From positions 1-64,000 of the IMG/VR virus record IMGVR_UViG_3300021389_000015: 64,000 nt of DNA. One strand, written 5' to 3'. Every line of letters starts with the position of its first letter. The first letter of the stretch is position 1. Position numbers and translations under genes: made by a program. Below are positions 29,010-38,254 of this stretch, one piece after another. The stretch is from a virus. The notes under the pieces were generated by a model. The model made no database searches, was not told the origin of the DNA, and saw nothing but the letters and a program-made list of their open reading frames with translations.

Positions 29010-29913
29010 GAGTATATTTGATAATAAAACTACAGAAAAACTATCATTCAAAGATTTTGATTCTTTTGAGAAAGCGTTGTATGGTTTATCTGAACGTAGA
29101 ATTAAATCTAAAAAAGATGCTCCATTAATGTCACCAGCTTGTTATACGCCCGACACTACACGTGCAAATGCTAATGTAACTATGTGGTCAGGCTGGTGTG
29201 CAGTTGATGTTGATGATTTTATATTTAAAGGAGATTTATATGACGCACTTCGTACTAAGTTTGGTAACTATAAGTTTGTTTGCTATTCTACTGCTAGCAG
29301 CACACAATCTCTACCAAAGTTTCGTATTGTCTTTCCACTTACAAAAAAGGTTCAATCTGAAAAGATTCGACACTTTTGGTTTGCTCTCCAAACGCTACTC
29401 GGCGAAGTCGGAGATAAACAAACCAAGGATCTATCTCGTATGTATTATATTCCAGCAAAATATGATAATGCTTTTAATTTTATCTTTAGTAATGATGGGG
29501 ATGCTATCGATCCTGATGTGGTAATGACTAAAGTTCCATATAGAGAAAAAAGTAACAGCAGCAATTTCTTTGATAGATTACCTGAAGATATGCAGAAAGA
29601 AATCATCCAACATAGAAAATCAAAACTTGATAATGTTAATATCAATTGGTCATCATATACCAATTGTCCATTTATACCAAAGCAAATGGTAACCGAATAC
29701 AAGTTAATTAATAATACTGGTTGGTATCATAAAATGTACCAAATTATGGTTGCTACTGCTGGTAATGCAATTAAAAACAAATATCCAATTACTGCTCAAG
29801 AAATCACAACACTATGTCGTGAAATAGACATTGACACTGGTAATTGGTACAAGTCAAGACCAATGGATAAGGAAGCTGATCGTGCACTCGAATATGTCTA
29901 CAAAAATATCTAA
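28984..29913 (+). CDS. archaeo-eukaryotic primase (PrimPol-like) protein
   Basis: AVDVDD (DxD), YSTASS, KFRIVFPL, DLSRMYY motifs. Confidence 0.65.
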   Translation: MEISLTLFKSIFDNKTTEKLSFKDFDSFEKALYGLSERRIKSKKDAPLMSPACYTPDTTRANANVTMWSGWCAVDVDDFIFKGDLYDALRTKFGNYKFVCYSTASSTQSLPKFRIVFPLTKKVQSEKIRHFWFALQTLLGEVGDKQTKDLSRMYYIPAKYDNAFNFIFSNDGDAIDPDVVMTKVPYREKSNSSNFFDRLPEDMQKEIIQHRKSKLDNVNINWSSYTNCPFIPKQMVTEYKLINNTGWYHKMYQIMVATAGNAIKNKYPITAQEITTLCREIDIDTGNWYKSRPMDKEADRALEYVYKNI

Positions 29914-30367
29914 AGTAATAAACGGACTAGAAATAACAGTTACTCAAAGCTTTGTAGATTGGGCAGATAAGAAATCTAGAACACCAGGTTTTAGATATGA
30001 GTTAGGCAGAAAAGGTCTTGATTTTGAATTACTAGAACAGTGGCTACTATATAATAATTTTGTTGATAAAAAAGATACAACAGACAAATACTGGCCAGAT
30101 TTTAATATCGGAAAATTAAGAGTTGATAATAAATGCATAAGCTCAAAATGGTTTGAAATAAAAAGTACTGTTAAGCATGCTGTAGACGAAGGACTTATAA
30201 CACATTTTCTTTTTTATTCTATTGATAATAAATCAAAAGATGTTTTTAAAGTAGGTGATATTATTAAGCATAAGTTTATTGGGTTTGAAGAGGCAAATAA
30301 GATTTTAAGTAAAAAAATAAAAGGTAAATATTCAGAAGTAGTTAATTTAGAAAATTATTTCATTTAA
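29894..30367 (+). CDS. putative PD-(D/E)xK nuclease
   Basis: WPDF...VDNK motif; very AT-rich; ATG at 29894. Confidence 0.4.
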   Translation: MSTKISKVINGLEITVTQSFVDWADKKSRTPGFRYELGRKGLDFELLEQWLLYNNFVDKKDTTDKYWPDFNIGKLRVDNKCISSKWFEIKSTVKHAVDEGLITHFLFYSIDNKSKDVFKVGDIIKHKFIGFEEANKILSKKIKGKYSEVVNLENYFI

Positions 30368-30380
30368 GTGCATTTTTTCC

Positions 30381-30409
30381 TTTACATTCCCTAATTTCTG
30401 TGGTATAAT
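30381..30409 (+). promoter_or_regulatory. early sigma70-like promoter
   Basis: AAGTGCATTTTTTCC-TTTACA-17 nt-TATAAT. Confidence 0.85.
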
Positions 30410-30443
30410 AGTACTATAAAATTAAAAAGGGAGTTTTTATATT

Positions 30444-30635
30444 ATGTCTACTAAATTCAACACTACTCAAAACGCACCATCAAGGTCTAACGCTAATCGT
30501 TCACCTAATAAACAACCTAAAGCCATGCCACGAAATGGTAAATTTCCTGGCGATTACGGTGAGAAATCATCAAGATTTGGTTCTCAGGCTCGGTACTGGA
30601 ATCAATTAATGGCCAACAAATATGGTACATTATAA
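30444..30635 (+). CDS. small basic early protein
   Basis: GGGAG SD, downstream of early promoter. Confidence 0.6.
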   Translation: MSTKFNTTQNAPSRSNANRSPNKQPKAMPRNGKFPGDYGEKSSRFGSQARYWNQLMANKYGTL

Positions 30636-30826
30636 TGGCTCATGAATCTGAAATCATAAATACTTACAAACATCCATTCGTCGGCATAAAATGGCCGGTG
30701 ACTGGATCTAAAGGTGATACATACAATGTTACTATGCGTGATAGTGGATTTGATTGTGACTGTATTGCATTCAGAAAATGTAAACACATTAAAGAAGTTG
30801 AAGAAAGGATTGTGCCAAATGATTAA
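30635..30826 (+). CDS. SWIM zinc-finger protein
   Basis: GSKGDTYNV...CDC...CKHI. Confidence 0.75.
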   Translation: MAHESEIINTYKHPFVGIKWPVTGSKGDTYNVTMRDSGFDCDCIAFRKCKHIKEVEERIVPND

Positions 30827-30829
30827 TAT

Positions 30830-30873
30830 GTTAATCACTTTTTTTCATTTAAGTGCATTTTTTCCTTTACAAA
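30830..30873 (+). repeat. 44-bp direct repeat (promoter upstream element), copy 1
   Basis: Identical to 53603-53646. Confidence 0.85.
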
Positions 30874-30894
30874 CCATAAAAACTATGGTATAAT
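30866..30894 (+). promoter_or_regulatory. early sigma70-like promoter
   Basis: TTTACA-17 nt-TATAAT. Confidence 0.85.
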
Positions 30895-30930
30895 ATATCT
30901 ATTAAAATGAAAAAAGCGGAGTTTAAAAAT

Positions 30931-31287
30931 ATGTATAAAGGTTATCAATCAGAATTATTTACTAATAACTGGGGAGTTAATTCAGGTTTCAAACATTTAG
31001 CTGATAAGTTAAATGAGTTATTACCATTTGAAGGTAGATGTGAAAAGCCAATGTCTTCAAACAAACACCTTGAAAAGTTTAGAAGAGCTCAAAATGCAGC
31101 TTATGATCTTTTCAATAACGGTCTTTGTAATAGAAGAGGTCTTTTCAACAGTGTATATGGTTTTGCACCTACTATGTCACAAACTCACCATGCCATGGCA
31201 ACCACATGGTCTAACTGGGAAGACATGGTCGAAGAAACACTTACACCAATTATTATTAATGCAGCTAAAGAACAGGGAGTACAATAA
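30931..31287 (+). CDS. early hypothetical protein
   Basis: GGAG SD; LEKFRRAQNAAYDLFNNGLCN. Confidence 0.7.
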   Translation: MYKGYQSELFTNNWGVNSGFKHLADKLNELLPFEGRCEKPMSSNKHLEKFRRAQNAAYDLFNNGLCNRRGLFNSVYGFAPTMSQTHHAMATTWSNWEDMVEETLTPIIINAAKEQGVQ

Positions 31288-31463
31288 TGCACGAATATCA
31301 AACATCAATATACACTCAAGATAGTGTTACTAAATCAATTACTCTTTCAGTAGTAGAACTTGGCTTCAGTGAAAAAAACTCAGTCGATAACGCATTTGAT
31401 ACTTTTAAGTGTCTAGCTTTAAATCTAAATGAAATACTTAAAATTGAAACAAAGGGGATATAA
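31287..31463 (+). CDS. 58-aa hypothetical protein
   Basis: TAATG coupling, GGGAG SD; not in ORF track. Confidence 0.55.
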   Translation: MHEYQTSIYTQDSVTKSITLSVVELGFSEKNSVDNAFDTFKCLALNLNEILKIETKGI

Positions 31464-31464
31464 T

Positions 31465-31683
31465 ATGGTTAAGTTTGATAATATATTTTATGTAGGTGAT
31501 ACCGTTGAAACTAAACACGGTCTAAATAAGATTGTTAAAATAGAGTTAATGCCTGAACCAAGACATTACTCTAAGTGTGGAATAAATGTAGAAAAAATGT
31601 TTACAAACATGAAAAACTATTGTATAATAGATCTAGATAACAAACATTTTGTATATGGAGATGAGGTAGAATTATGCCGATAA
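31465..31683 (+). CDS. hypothetical protein
   Basis: AGGGG SD before ATG 31465. Confidence 0.6.
   Translation: MVKFDNIFYVGDTVETKHGLNKIVKIELMPEPRHYSKCGINVEKMFTNMKNYCIIDLDNKHFVYGDEVELCR
31600..31628 (+). promoter_or_regulatory. sigma70-like promoter for the DNA-modification operon
   Basis: TTTACA-17 nt-TATAAT embedded in upstream ORF. Confidence 0.7.
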
Positions 31684-32015
31684 TAGATAGAAAAGAATCC
31701 GTTGCAGTCCTACAAGAATGTATGGACTTACAACTCAGAAAATCCAAAGATTATCAAAGCGATACATCTAATGTAACACAATCAATGCATTATCGTAGAG
31801 GTGTGGATACAATCCATGACATCATCATCGGTAAGCTTATGCGTGCTACATCACTACTTGAGTCTGGTAATAATCCAAACTTCGAATCACTCGAAGATAC
31901 TTACAAAGATATGATTAACTATGCATCCTTTGCAGTATCATATATGCGTGGTAAAATGGATGGCCAGAATCCAAAGCACGATATGTTCAATAAGCCTAAA
32001 GGTCCTAAAATATGA
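31674..32015 (+). CDS. nucleotide-modification-associated helical protein (DUF1599/Nmad1-like)
   Basis: RKSKDY, KLMR, ESLEDTYKDMINYA pattern; heads the modification locus. Confidence 0.65.
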   Translation: MPIIDRKESVAVLQECMDLQLRKSKDYQSDTSNVTQSMHYRRGVDTIHDIIIGKLMRATSLLESGNNPNFESLEDTYKDMINYASFAVSYMRGKMDGQNPKHDMFNKPKGPKI

Positions 32016-32689
32016 TGAATAGCGTAGATGATATAAGAAATTTATTTAAGTCTAAACTTCTTAATGAAAAGTTTACTATTGATAGAACTGGCCAAAAAAC
32101 TATTGAACATATCGGTGCATCTTTCTTAGCTGATCAACCTTCAATCTTTGGTGCACCTAATAAAAAATATATTGAAAAAGAATTACGATGGTACAAGAGT
32201 CAAATCACTAATGTAAATGCTATTGATGATAAAGTTCCAGAAGCATGGCAATACGCTGCAAACGATTATGGTGAAATTAATTCTAACTACGGTCAGATAA
32301 TATTCTCTGATAAATACTATCACCAGTATGGTAGAGTGCTAGATGAACTACTAGAAAACCCTGATGGTCGTAGAGCTTCAATGATATACAATCGTCCAAG
32401 TATATGGGAGGAATACAATGAAAATGGTAAGAGTGATTTCATATGTACTAATGCCGTTACCTATTACATACGTGATGATAAACTACACTGTGTTGTTCAA
32501 ATGCGCTCTAACGATGTCGTGTACGGATATAAGAATGACTATGCTTGGCAGCTTTCTATTTTAGAAGAATTAGTCGAAGATTATAATCAATGTAAGAAAG
32601 AGACAATAGAGCCTATTACGTATGGTGATGTAATATGGCAAGTACAAAACTTGCATGTTTATGAAAGGCATTTTCATCTTGTCAAATAA
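32012..32689 (+). CDS. gp42: dCMP hydroxymethylase (thymidylate synthase fold)
   Basis: NSNYG, catalytic FICT, MRSNDVVYGYKNDYAW resembling T4 gp42 incl. the dCMP-specifying Asp, LHVYERHF. Confidence 0.88.
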   Translation: MMNSVDDIRNLFKSKLLNEKFTIDRTGQKTIEHIGASFLADQPSIFGAPNKKYIEKELRWYKSQITNVNAIDDKVPEAWQYAANDYGEINSNYGQIIFSDKYYHQYGRVLDELLENPDGRRASMIYNRPSIWEEYNENGKSDFICTNAVTYYIRDDKLHCVVQMRSNDVVYGYKNDYAWQLSILEELVEDYNQCKKETIEPITYGDVIWQVQNLHVYERHFHLVK

Positions 32690-33119
32690 ATGGGATAAAA
32701 GATTTCTAGAAATGGCAAAGCTTGTGGCCTCATGGTCAAAAGATCCATCAACGCAAGTTGGTTCAGTTGCTGTAAGAAATAGAACAGTTATAGCTCAAGG
32801 TTATAATGGTTTTCCTAGAGGTGTGGATGACCATGAATTATATTATTTAAATAAAGCAATAAAATATAAACGTATAGTTCATGCAGAAATGAATGCAATT
32901 TATAATGCAGCAGAAAATGGTGTGTCATTAAAAGGTTCTACAATCTATGTAATAGGTTTACCAATATGCCATGATTGTGCAAAAGGTTTAATTCAAGCAG
33001 GCATAAGTAGAGTAGTAACGCCAGAACAAGAGATACCAGAAAACTGGCAAGATTCAATAACAAGTTCAATATCAATGTTTAAAGAGGCAGGTGTAGTATG
33101 GGACTGGATAAAGTATTAG
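32655..33119 (+). CDS. dCMP deaminase
   Basis: SKDPSTQVG, GYNGFPRG, HAEMNA, PICHDC; start may be TTG 32679. Confidence 0.92.
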   Translation: MFMKGIFILSNKWDKRFLEMAKLVASWSKDPSTQVGSVAVRNRTVIAQGYNGFPRGVDDHELYYLNKAIKYKRIVHAEMNAIYNAAENGVSLKGSTIYVIGLPICHDCAKGLIQAGISRVVTPEQEIPENWQDSITSSISMFKEAGVVWDWIKY

Positions 33120-33475
33120 TAGTTGGACATAGTCCGGGTAAAACACCCATAAATAAAATGAAGAATGGATCACCAACACTTAATAGGCTAAACCTTTGGC
33201 TCGATGCATGTGAGGTAGATCTATACAGCTTCAGTAACATCTATGCACACCACAAGGAATCTCTGAAAATAGCCGATATCGATGGAATATATGTCTCTAA
33301 AATAGCCGAAAATTATAATAAAATTATAACATTAGGCGGTTTTGTGTCACAATATTTCACTAAAAGGGGTATAAAACACTTTGCTGCTCCACACCCCTCG
33401 CCACGTAATAGAAAGTTTAATAATAAATCGTATGAACCTATGGTTATAAATCAATTGAAGGAGTATTTAAAATGA
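33098..33475 (+). CDS. uracil-DNA glycosylase superfamily protein
   Basis: VLVVGHSPG, IITLGG, PHPSPRN. Confidence 0.7.
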   Translation: MGLDKVLVVGHSPGKTPINKMKNGSPTLNRLNLWLDACEVDLYSFSNIYAHHKESLKIADIDGIYVSKIAENYNKIITLGGFVSQYFTKRGIKHFAAPHPSPRNRKFNNKSYEPMVINQLKEYLK

Positions 33476-34752
33476 AAGTAGGAGTCTTATTAGGTAGAGG
33501 TGTTGAAGGCGTAGGCTTGACTAAGAATGTAGTTGAGTTTCAAAAGCTTTTCCCTGGTGTAGAAGTATTTGCTACTATTGATAAATTATGGCAAAGAATG
33601 AACTCTATGGACTTTAAAGTAAATTACTTTAGAGGTACAGATTGGGATGAAGTTAGTAAACCATCAAAGAAATTTCCAGATTTATTAACATGTTCAAAGG
33701 TTGTTGAAAGAATCAATCAACTCGACATGTGCATTGTTTGGAGTGTACCATCTAAATCTCATCCAGAAGATTGTATAAGTAACTTTATAAAGATGATGGA
33801 TGAAATTAAAGTACGTAAGTCTTTAGTTCAGGTAGACCATAAAATACATTCTATAAATAGGAATGCCGGCTTAGCTGAAATATGTTCTAAAGTCGATGTA
33901 TTAATGTGTCATTATATAGATAACCCTTTTGGTAAATGGGTTAAAAAGAACAAGATTAAAACACCAATCACAAATATGGGTGTAGGATTCAATTTTAATA
34001 AAGATTATTGGAAACCTATTGAACAACAAAATCCTTATTATGTAAGATGGGTAGGTCGTACCGCTATGTGGAAAGGACCAGACGTAATGATTGATTTCCA
34101 CAATGATCATCTTTGCAAAAATCATTTCATTACAATACTTGAAGGTTTAGAAGCTTCGATAAATTACCCTGCAGTTCTTTATAAAAATCCAAAGGAAATG
34201 ACGGGTCGAAGACAAGTGGTGAATTACTTTAGACCTGAGAAAGGTATTGATAATACCGGTAAACATCCTGTCTATGGTGCTGAAACAACAAATCAAGGTG
34301 CGTACTTGTATGGTGCATATACACACAGTGAAATGATGGAAAGAATGAGTTTAGGTGGATTTGGTTCTGACCTTATGTATTTTAAAGAAGACATATATGG
34401 TGATAACGTAGAGTACTGCCACACTGATTCATTTGCAGCAGGTGTAATACCTTTATTCCATAAACACTTCTGTGATCATGTAATACACAGAAAGCAAGGT
34501 AAGCCTATAAGTCAATGTAAAGATACAGGCACATTAGCTGTTGATGCATCAAGTGCGCAAGCAGTTTGTTCGCAAATGATTGTCCTTGCAAATGATAAAG
34601 TAATGAGAGATGAATGGAGAAACATGATGTATGAGTTTTGGAAAGAACACTGTGATGCTGAAACGGTATATAATGACATCATAAGTAGTACACTAAATTA
34701 TAATGAAAAGTACAACGTTAATGAAACAACACTGGAGGAATTTTTCGTATGA
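33472..34752 (+). CDS. agt: DNA alpha-glucosyltransferase-like GT-B enzyme
   Basis: GRGVEGVGLTK and GRTAMWKG resemble T4 Agt N-terminal RGxEGxGxTK and GRxxxWKG motifs. Confidence 0.8.
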   Translation: MKVGVLLGRGVEGVGLTKNVVEFQKLFPGVEVFATIDKLWQRMNSMDFKVNYFRGTDWDEVSKPSKKFPDLLTCSKVVERINQLDMCIVWSVPSKSHPEDCISNFIKMMDEIKVRKSLVQVDHKIHSINRNAGLAEICSKVDVLMCHYIDNPFGKWVKKNKIKTPITNMGVGFNFNKDYWKPIEQQNPYYVRWVGRTAMWKGPDVMIDFHNDHLCKNHFITILEGLEASINYPAVLYKNPKEMTGRRQVVNYFRPEKGIDNTGKHPVYGAETTNQGAYLYGAYTHSEMMERMSLGGFGSDLMYFKEDIYGDNVEYCHTDSFAAGVIPLFHKHFCDHVIHRKQGKPISQCKDTGTLAVDASSAQAVCSQMIVLANDKVMRDEWRNMMYEFWKEHCDAETVYNDIISSTLNYNEKYNVNETTLEEFFV

Positions 34753-35507
34753 AAATAGCACTAACTGGATCACGTGGCTTTATAGGTAGCCACTTAAAAA
34801 CAAGACTTGAAAATGATGGACATGAAATAGTGGAATGGGATTTAAAACTAGATCCGGAAAAATCTATAAAAGATTTTGATATACGACAAATACATGAAGC
34901 AAGTTATGTAATTCATCTTGCTGCATATGCTGATGTAAGAGCGAGTTTGGAAGATCCTCAAAGATATTGGGATAATAATGTAGAAAATACTAAACGTATT
35001 CAAAAGGTATGTAACTATAATAATATACCTTTATTGTATGCATCTTCTTCTTGTATACATAACTGGTGGTTATCGCCTTATGGAATAAGTAAAAAAGTAA
35101 ATGAAGCAACCGCATTTGATCATCAGGTTGGATTAAGATTCACAACCGTATATGGCGATGGTGCTAGAGAATCTATGCTTATTGGTAAACTTATTGATGG
35201 TTCAATTGCTTATCTTACAAGACACGTAAGAGACTTTGTACACGTCAGTGATGTAGTAGACGCAATAGTATTATTAATGAGTAAAGATATTAGAACACTT
35301 AAGCCAGCATATGATATTGGTACAGGTGTAGGAAATGTAGTTATGGATCTTGGAATACTTGCAGGATGGGAAGGTATCGAAATAAGAGATGGTGATCCTT
35401 GTGAGGCACAAGATAATACTGCAGATATTTCAGAAATGAAAGCTTTAGGTTGGGAACCAAAAGTTAAAGTAGATGAGTACGTTGTAAAACACACGGTGCC
35501 ACACTAA
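34749..35507 (+). CDS. NAD-dependent nucleotide-sugar epimerase/dehydratase (extended SDR)
   Basis: TGSRGFIG, HLAA, YASSS, YGISK (YxxxK), RFTTVYG, RDFVHVSD. Confidence 0.92.
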   Translation: MKIALTGSRGFIGSHLKTRLENDGHEIVEWDLKLDPEKSIKDFDIRQIHEASYVIHLAAYADVRASLEDPQRYWDNNVENTKRIQKVCNYNNIPLLYASSSCIHNWWLSPYGISKKVNEATAFDHQVGLRFTTVYGDGARESMLIGKLIDGSIAYLTRHVRDFVHVSDVVDAIVLLMSKDIRTLKPAYDIGTGVGNVVMDLGILAGWEGIEIRDGDPCEAQDNTADISEMKALGWEPKVKVDEYVVKHTVPH

Positions 35508-36703
35508 TGAATTATGCAAGTATAGTACCACTTATAGGTGGTGAAACAATTGCTATGCAAAATGTTTTTAAAAAGAAACCGGAGTACATATTAAGTTATG
35601 AAGACTTTAAAGCAAACGATACACACTTGGTTGAATATTATAAAGGACAAGTCCCCTACTATCTTTTGGGAAATAACAGGTCATACGACTTGCCTTCTGT
35701 CGATGTTGTTAATACCGTATGTCCTTGTGCTGGCTTGTCTAGTCTCAATACTTCAGCATCTTCTGATGCTGCTGCTAACGATTGGATGTCTACCTCTGCT
35801 AATTATGTCTTGGGTACACTCAAACCTAAAGTATTCTGGGGCGAAAACGCACCAAGACTTGCTTCAAAGATGGGAGAGCCTGTTGTTGAAGGTCTCAGGG
35901 AAATTGGAAAACAGCATGGTTACACTTTCTCATTATATAAAACGAAGTCTCTCCTTCATGGACTCGGACAAGTAAGAGATAGATCTTTTTATTTCTTTTG
36001 GAAAGGTAGTAAAATACCACAACTTAGTTATGTAAAGAGAAGTCATACTAAGATTGAAGATACTATAAGATCAACTCAAAACAATTCTGATGATCCTATG
36101 AATGTTCTTACTAACAAAGCAACACCGTCTGATGATCCTTATTATAGATATGTACTTGAAGAACTTGAAGGTGGCATAACTCATAATGAATTTCAAAACA
36201 AAATCAAAAAGAGTTATGATGTTCTTCATTACATTGAAGATAAGAAAGTACCTTACAGCGAAGTGAGTCATTGGATGTCATCTAATGGTTTTGAAAAACA
36301 AGCACAAAGATGCAAGGTTATGCATGATAAATTAACCGGTGGCGGTAACATCATGAGAAGAGGTGTGTACGTACCAAAAGATTATATTGGAGCTTTTGTA
36401 GGTAGTGCACCAACTAAACTAACACATCCTGATATTGATAGACATCTCACAATAAGAGAATGTTTAAACATAATGGGATTACCTAATGACTTTATGTTAC
36501 AAGGTGGACTTAAAAATTTAAATCATATTTGTCAAAATGTGCCAGTTACAACTGCAACTGACATGGCTGAGAATGTTTTAAGGTTTTGTGATGGCAGATT
36601 AGATAACCAATTATGGGATATGGATTTCATGATTCAAGACAATAAAAATCAATCGATAATTAGTGAAAATAAACCTTTACAATTAGACGAATTTATGGTA
36701 TAA
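35507..36703 (+). CDS. DNA cytosine-C5 methyltransferase-like protein
   Basis: CPCAGLS catalytic PC, GENAP, QVRDR, RHLTIRE, QNVP; motif I is atypical (PLIGG). Confidence 0.8.
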   Translation: MNYASIVPLIGGETIAMQNVFKKKPEYILSYEDFKANDTHLVEYYKGQVPYYLLGNNRSYDLPSVDVVNTVCPCAGLSSLNTSASSDAAANDWMSTSANYVLGTLKPKVFWGENAPRLASKMGEPVVEGLREIGKQHGYTFSLYKTKSLLHGLGQVRDRSFYFFWKGSKIPQLSYVKRSHTKIEDTIRSTQNNSDDPMNVLTNKATPSDDPYYRYVLEELEGGITHNEFQNKIKKSYDVLHYIEDKKVPYSEVSHWMSSNGFEKQAQRCKVMHDKLTGGGNIMRRGVYVPKDYIGAFVGSAPTKLTHPDIDRHLTIRECLNIMGLPNDFMLQGGLKNLNHICQNVPVTTATDMAENVLRFCDGRLDNQLWDMDFMIQDNKNQSIISENKPLQLDEFMV

Positions 36704-36704
36704 T
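36676..36704 (+). promoter_or_regulatory. sigma70-like promoter for uvsX
   Basis: TTTACA-17 nt-TATAAT within the MTase 3' end. Confidence 0.75.
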
Positions 36705-36730
36705 AATAATATTATTTGTAGGAGAAATGT

Positions 36731-37774
36731 ATGTCAATAATGGATAAACTTAAGAAGAACAGTAAAGTAGATTACACATCTATACTTGCTGATTCTAAAT
36801 TTTTTAATGATAAAGATATGGTACCAACAGATGTACCTATGATCAACGTGGCTTTATCAGGTTCAATGGACGGTGGCATATCGCCTGGCCTGACAGTTTT
36901 AGCTGGTCCATCAAAACACTTTAAAACTTCATTTGCTTTAATTATGGCAAGTGCTTATTTAAAACAATATGATGATTCTGTATTACTATTTTATGATTCA
37001 GAGTTTGGTTCACCTCAATCATATTTCGAAAACTTTGGCATCGATACTACAAGAGTTTTACACACTCCTATCACAAATGTTGAAGAACTTAAATTTGACA
37101 TGATAGCACAACTTGAAGGTTTAGATAGAAAAGATAAAGTTGTAATTGTAATTGATTCAATCGGTAACCTTGCTTCTAAAAAAGAATTAGACGATGCAAT
37201 AAATGAAAAATCAGTTGCTGATATGTCAAGAGCAAAAGCACTTAAAGGTTTATTTAGAATGGTAACACCATATTTGAATATGAAAGACATACCTCTACTT
37301 GCTGTTAATCATACTTACCAAGAAATTGGATTGTTTCCAAAAGCTGTAGTTTCTGGTGGTACTGGTATTTACTACAGTGCAGATAATATCTGGATTCTTG
37401 GCAGGCAACAAGATAAAGTTGGTACAGAAATCAAAGGTTATCACTTTGTAATTAATGTAGAAAAATCAAGGTTTGTAAAAGAAAAATCTAAAATACCAAT
37501 ATCAGTAAGTTGGGATGGCGGTGTACAACACTGGTCAGGTTTACTTGATGTAGCAATGACAGGTAACTACGTAGCCAAGCCTTCAGCTGGTTGGTACTGT
37601 AGAGTTGATAAATCTACTGGTGAATTAATTGATCCTAAAGTTAGAGAAAAAGATACTCTTAACGAAGAGTTTTGGAAACCTATAATAGAAGAAACTGACT
37701 TCAAACAATTTGTCACTAATAAGTATTCGATACTTAACAATGTGGTAGATCTTGAAAAGATGGATCAGCACTAA
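36731..37774 (+). CDS. uvsX: RecA-like recombinase
   Basis: AGPSKHFKT, FYDSEFG, IDSIGNLAS, SGGTGIYYSAD. Confidence 0.96.
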   Translation: MSIMDKLKKNSKVDYTSILADSKFFNDKDMVPTDVPMINVALSGSMDGGISPGLTVLAGPSKHFKTSFALIMASAYLKQYDDSVLLFYDSEFGSPQSYFENFGIDTTRVLHTPITNVEELKFDMIAQLEGLDRKDKVVIVIDSIGNLASKKELDDAINEKSVADMSRAKALKGLFRMVTPYLNMKDIPLLAVNHTYQEIGLFPKAVVSGGTGIYYSADNIWILGRQQDKVGTEIKGYHFVINVEKSRFVKEKSKIPISVSWDGGVQHWSGLLDVAMTGNYVAKPSAGWYCRVDKSTGELIDPKVREKDTLNEEFWKPIIEETDFKQFVTNKYSILNNVVDLEKMDQH

Positions 37775-38088
37775 TGCTGCTAGTCGAAGATAAGCACTAT
37801 CAAATAATTCCAGACAAAGGTGATGATCAAGCTTGGAATGTTAGATTATTATCAGGTCCATACACTGAAACGGTGCTAAAATATGGTGTAGTAAAATTTA
37901 ATGGAAAAGGAAAAGAAAAATATATGTCTTTCAACTTCGACATTGTTTACTCACCAGACACAGAACTTAAAAAAGAAAATATTGAACTTCAAGAGTTTGC
38001 TGGAAACTTATTAGAACAAGTGATGGCAAGAGGTATTGAAGAAGGTAACGTAATAACAAGAGAGGTTAAGGATGCAGATAACAGCTAG
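37774..38088 (+). CDS. hypothetical protein (position of T4 gp40)
   Basis: Between uvsX and helicase. Confidence 0.6.
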   Translation: MLLVEDKHYQIIPDKGDDQAWNVRLLSGPYTETVLKYGVVKFNGKGKEKYMSFNFDIVYSPDTELKKENIELQEFAGNLLEQVMARGIEEGNVITREVKDADNS

Positions 38089-38254
38089 TCAAAGACTCAT
38101 ATTATTGATGGATGAAATATCCATCGCTAAAAGCAAATTAGAACCACATGATACTGGTCATATTCATACTTCAATAAGCTATTTAGAAAGTAGAGTTGAA
38201 GAAGTACAAAAAGAAGTTGATGAAGGATTAAGAAAAGTCGCCTATGCCTACTAA
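38072..38254 (+). CDS. hypothetical protein
   Basis: GAGG/AAGG SD; DTGHIHTSISYL. Confidence 0.6.
   Translation: MQITASQRLILLMDEISIAKSKLEPHDTGHIHTSISYLESRVEEVQKEVDEGLRKVAYAY

Noticed and set aside
30821-30836. TTAA pairs as CtrA boxes
   Set aside because: Spacing is N4, not the N7 of the CtrA consensus
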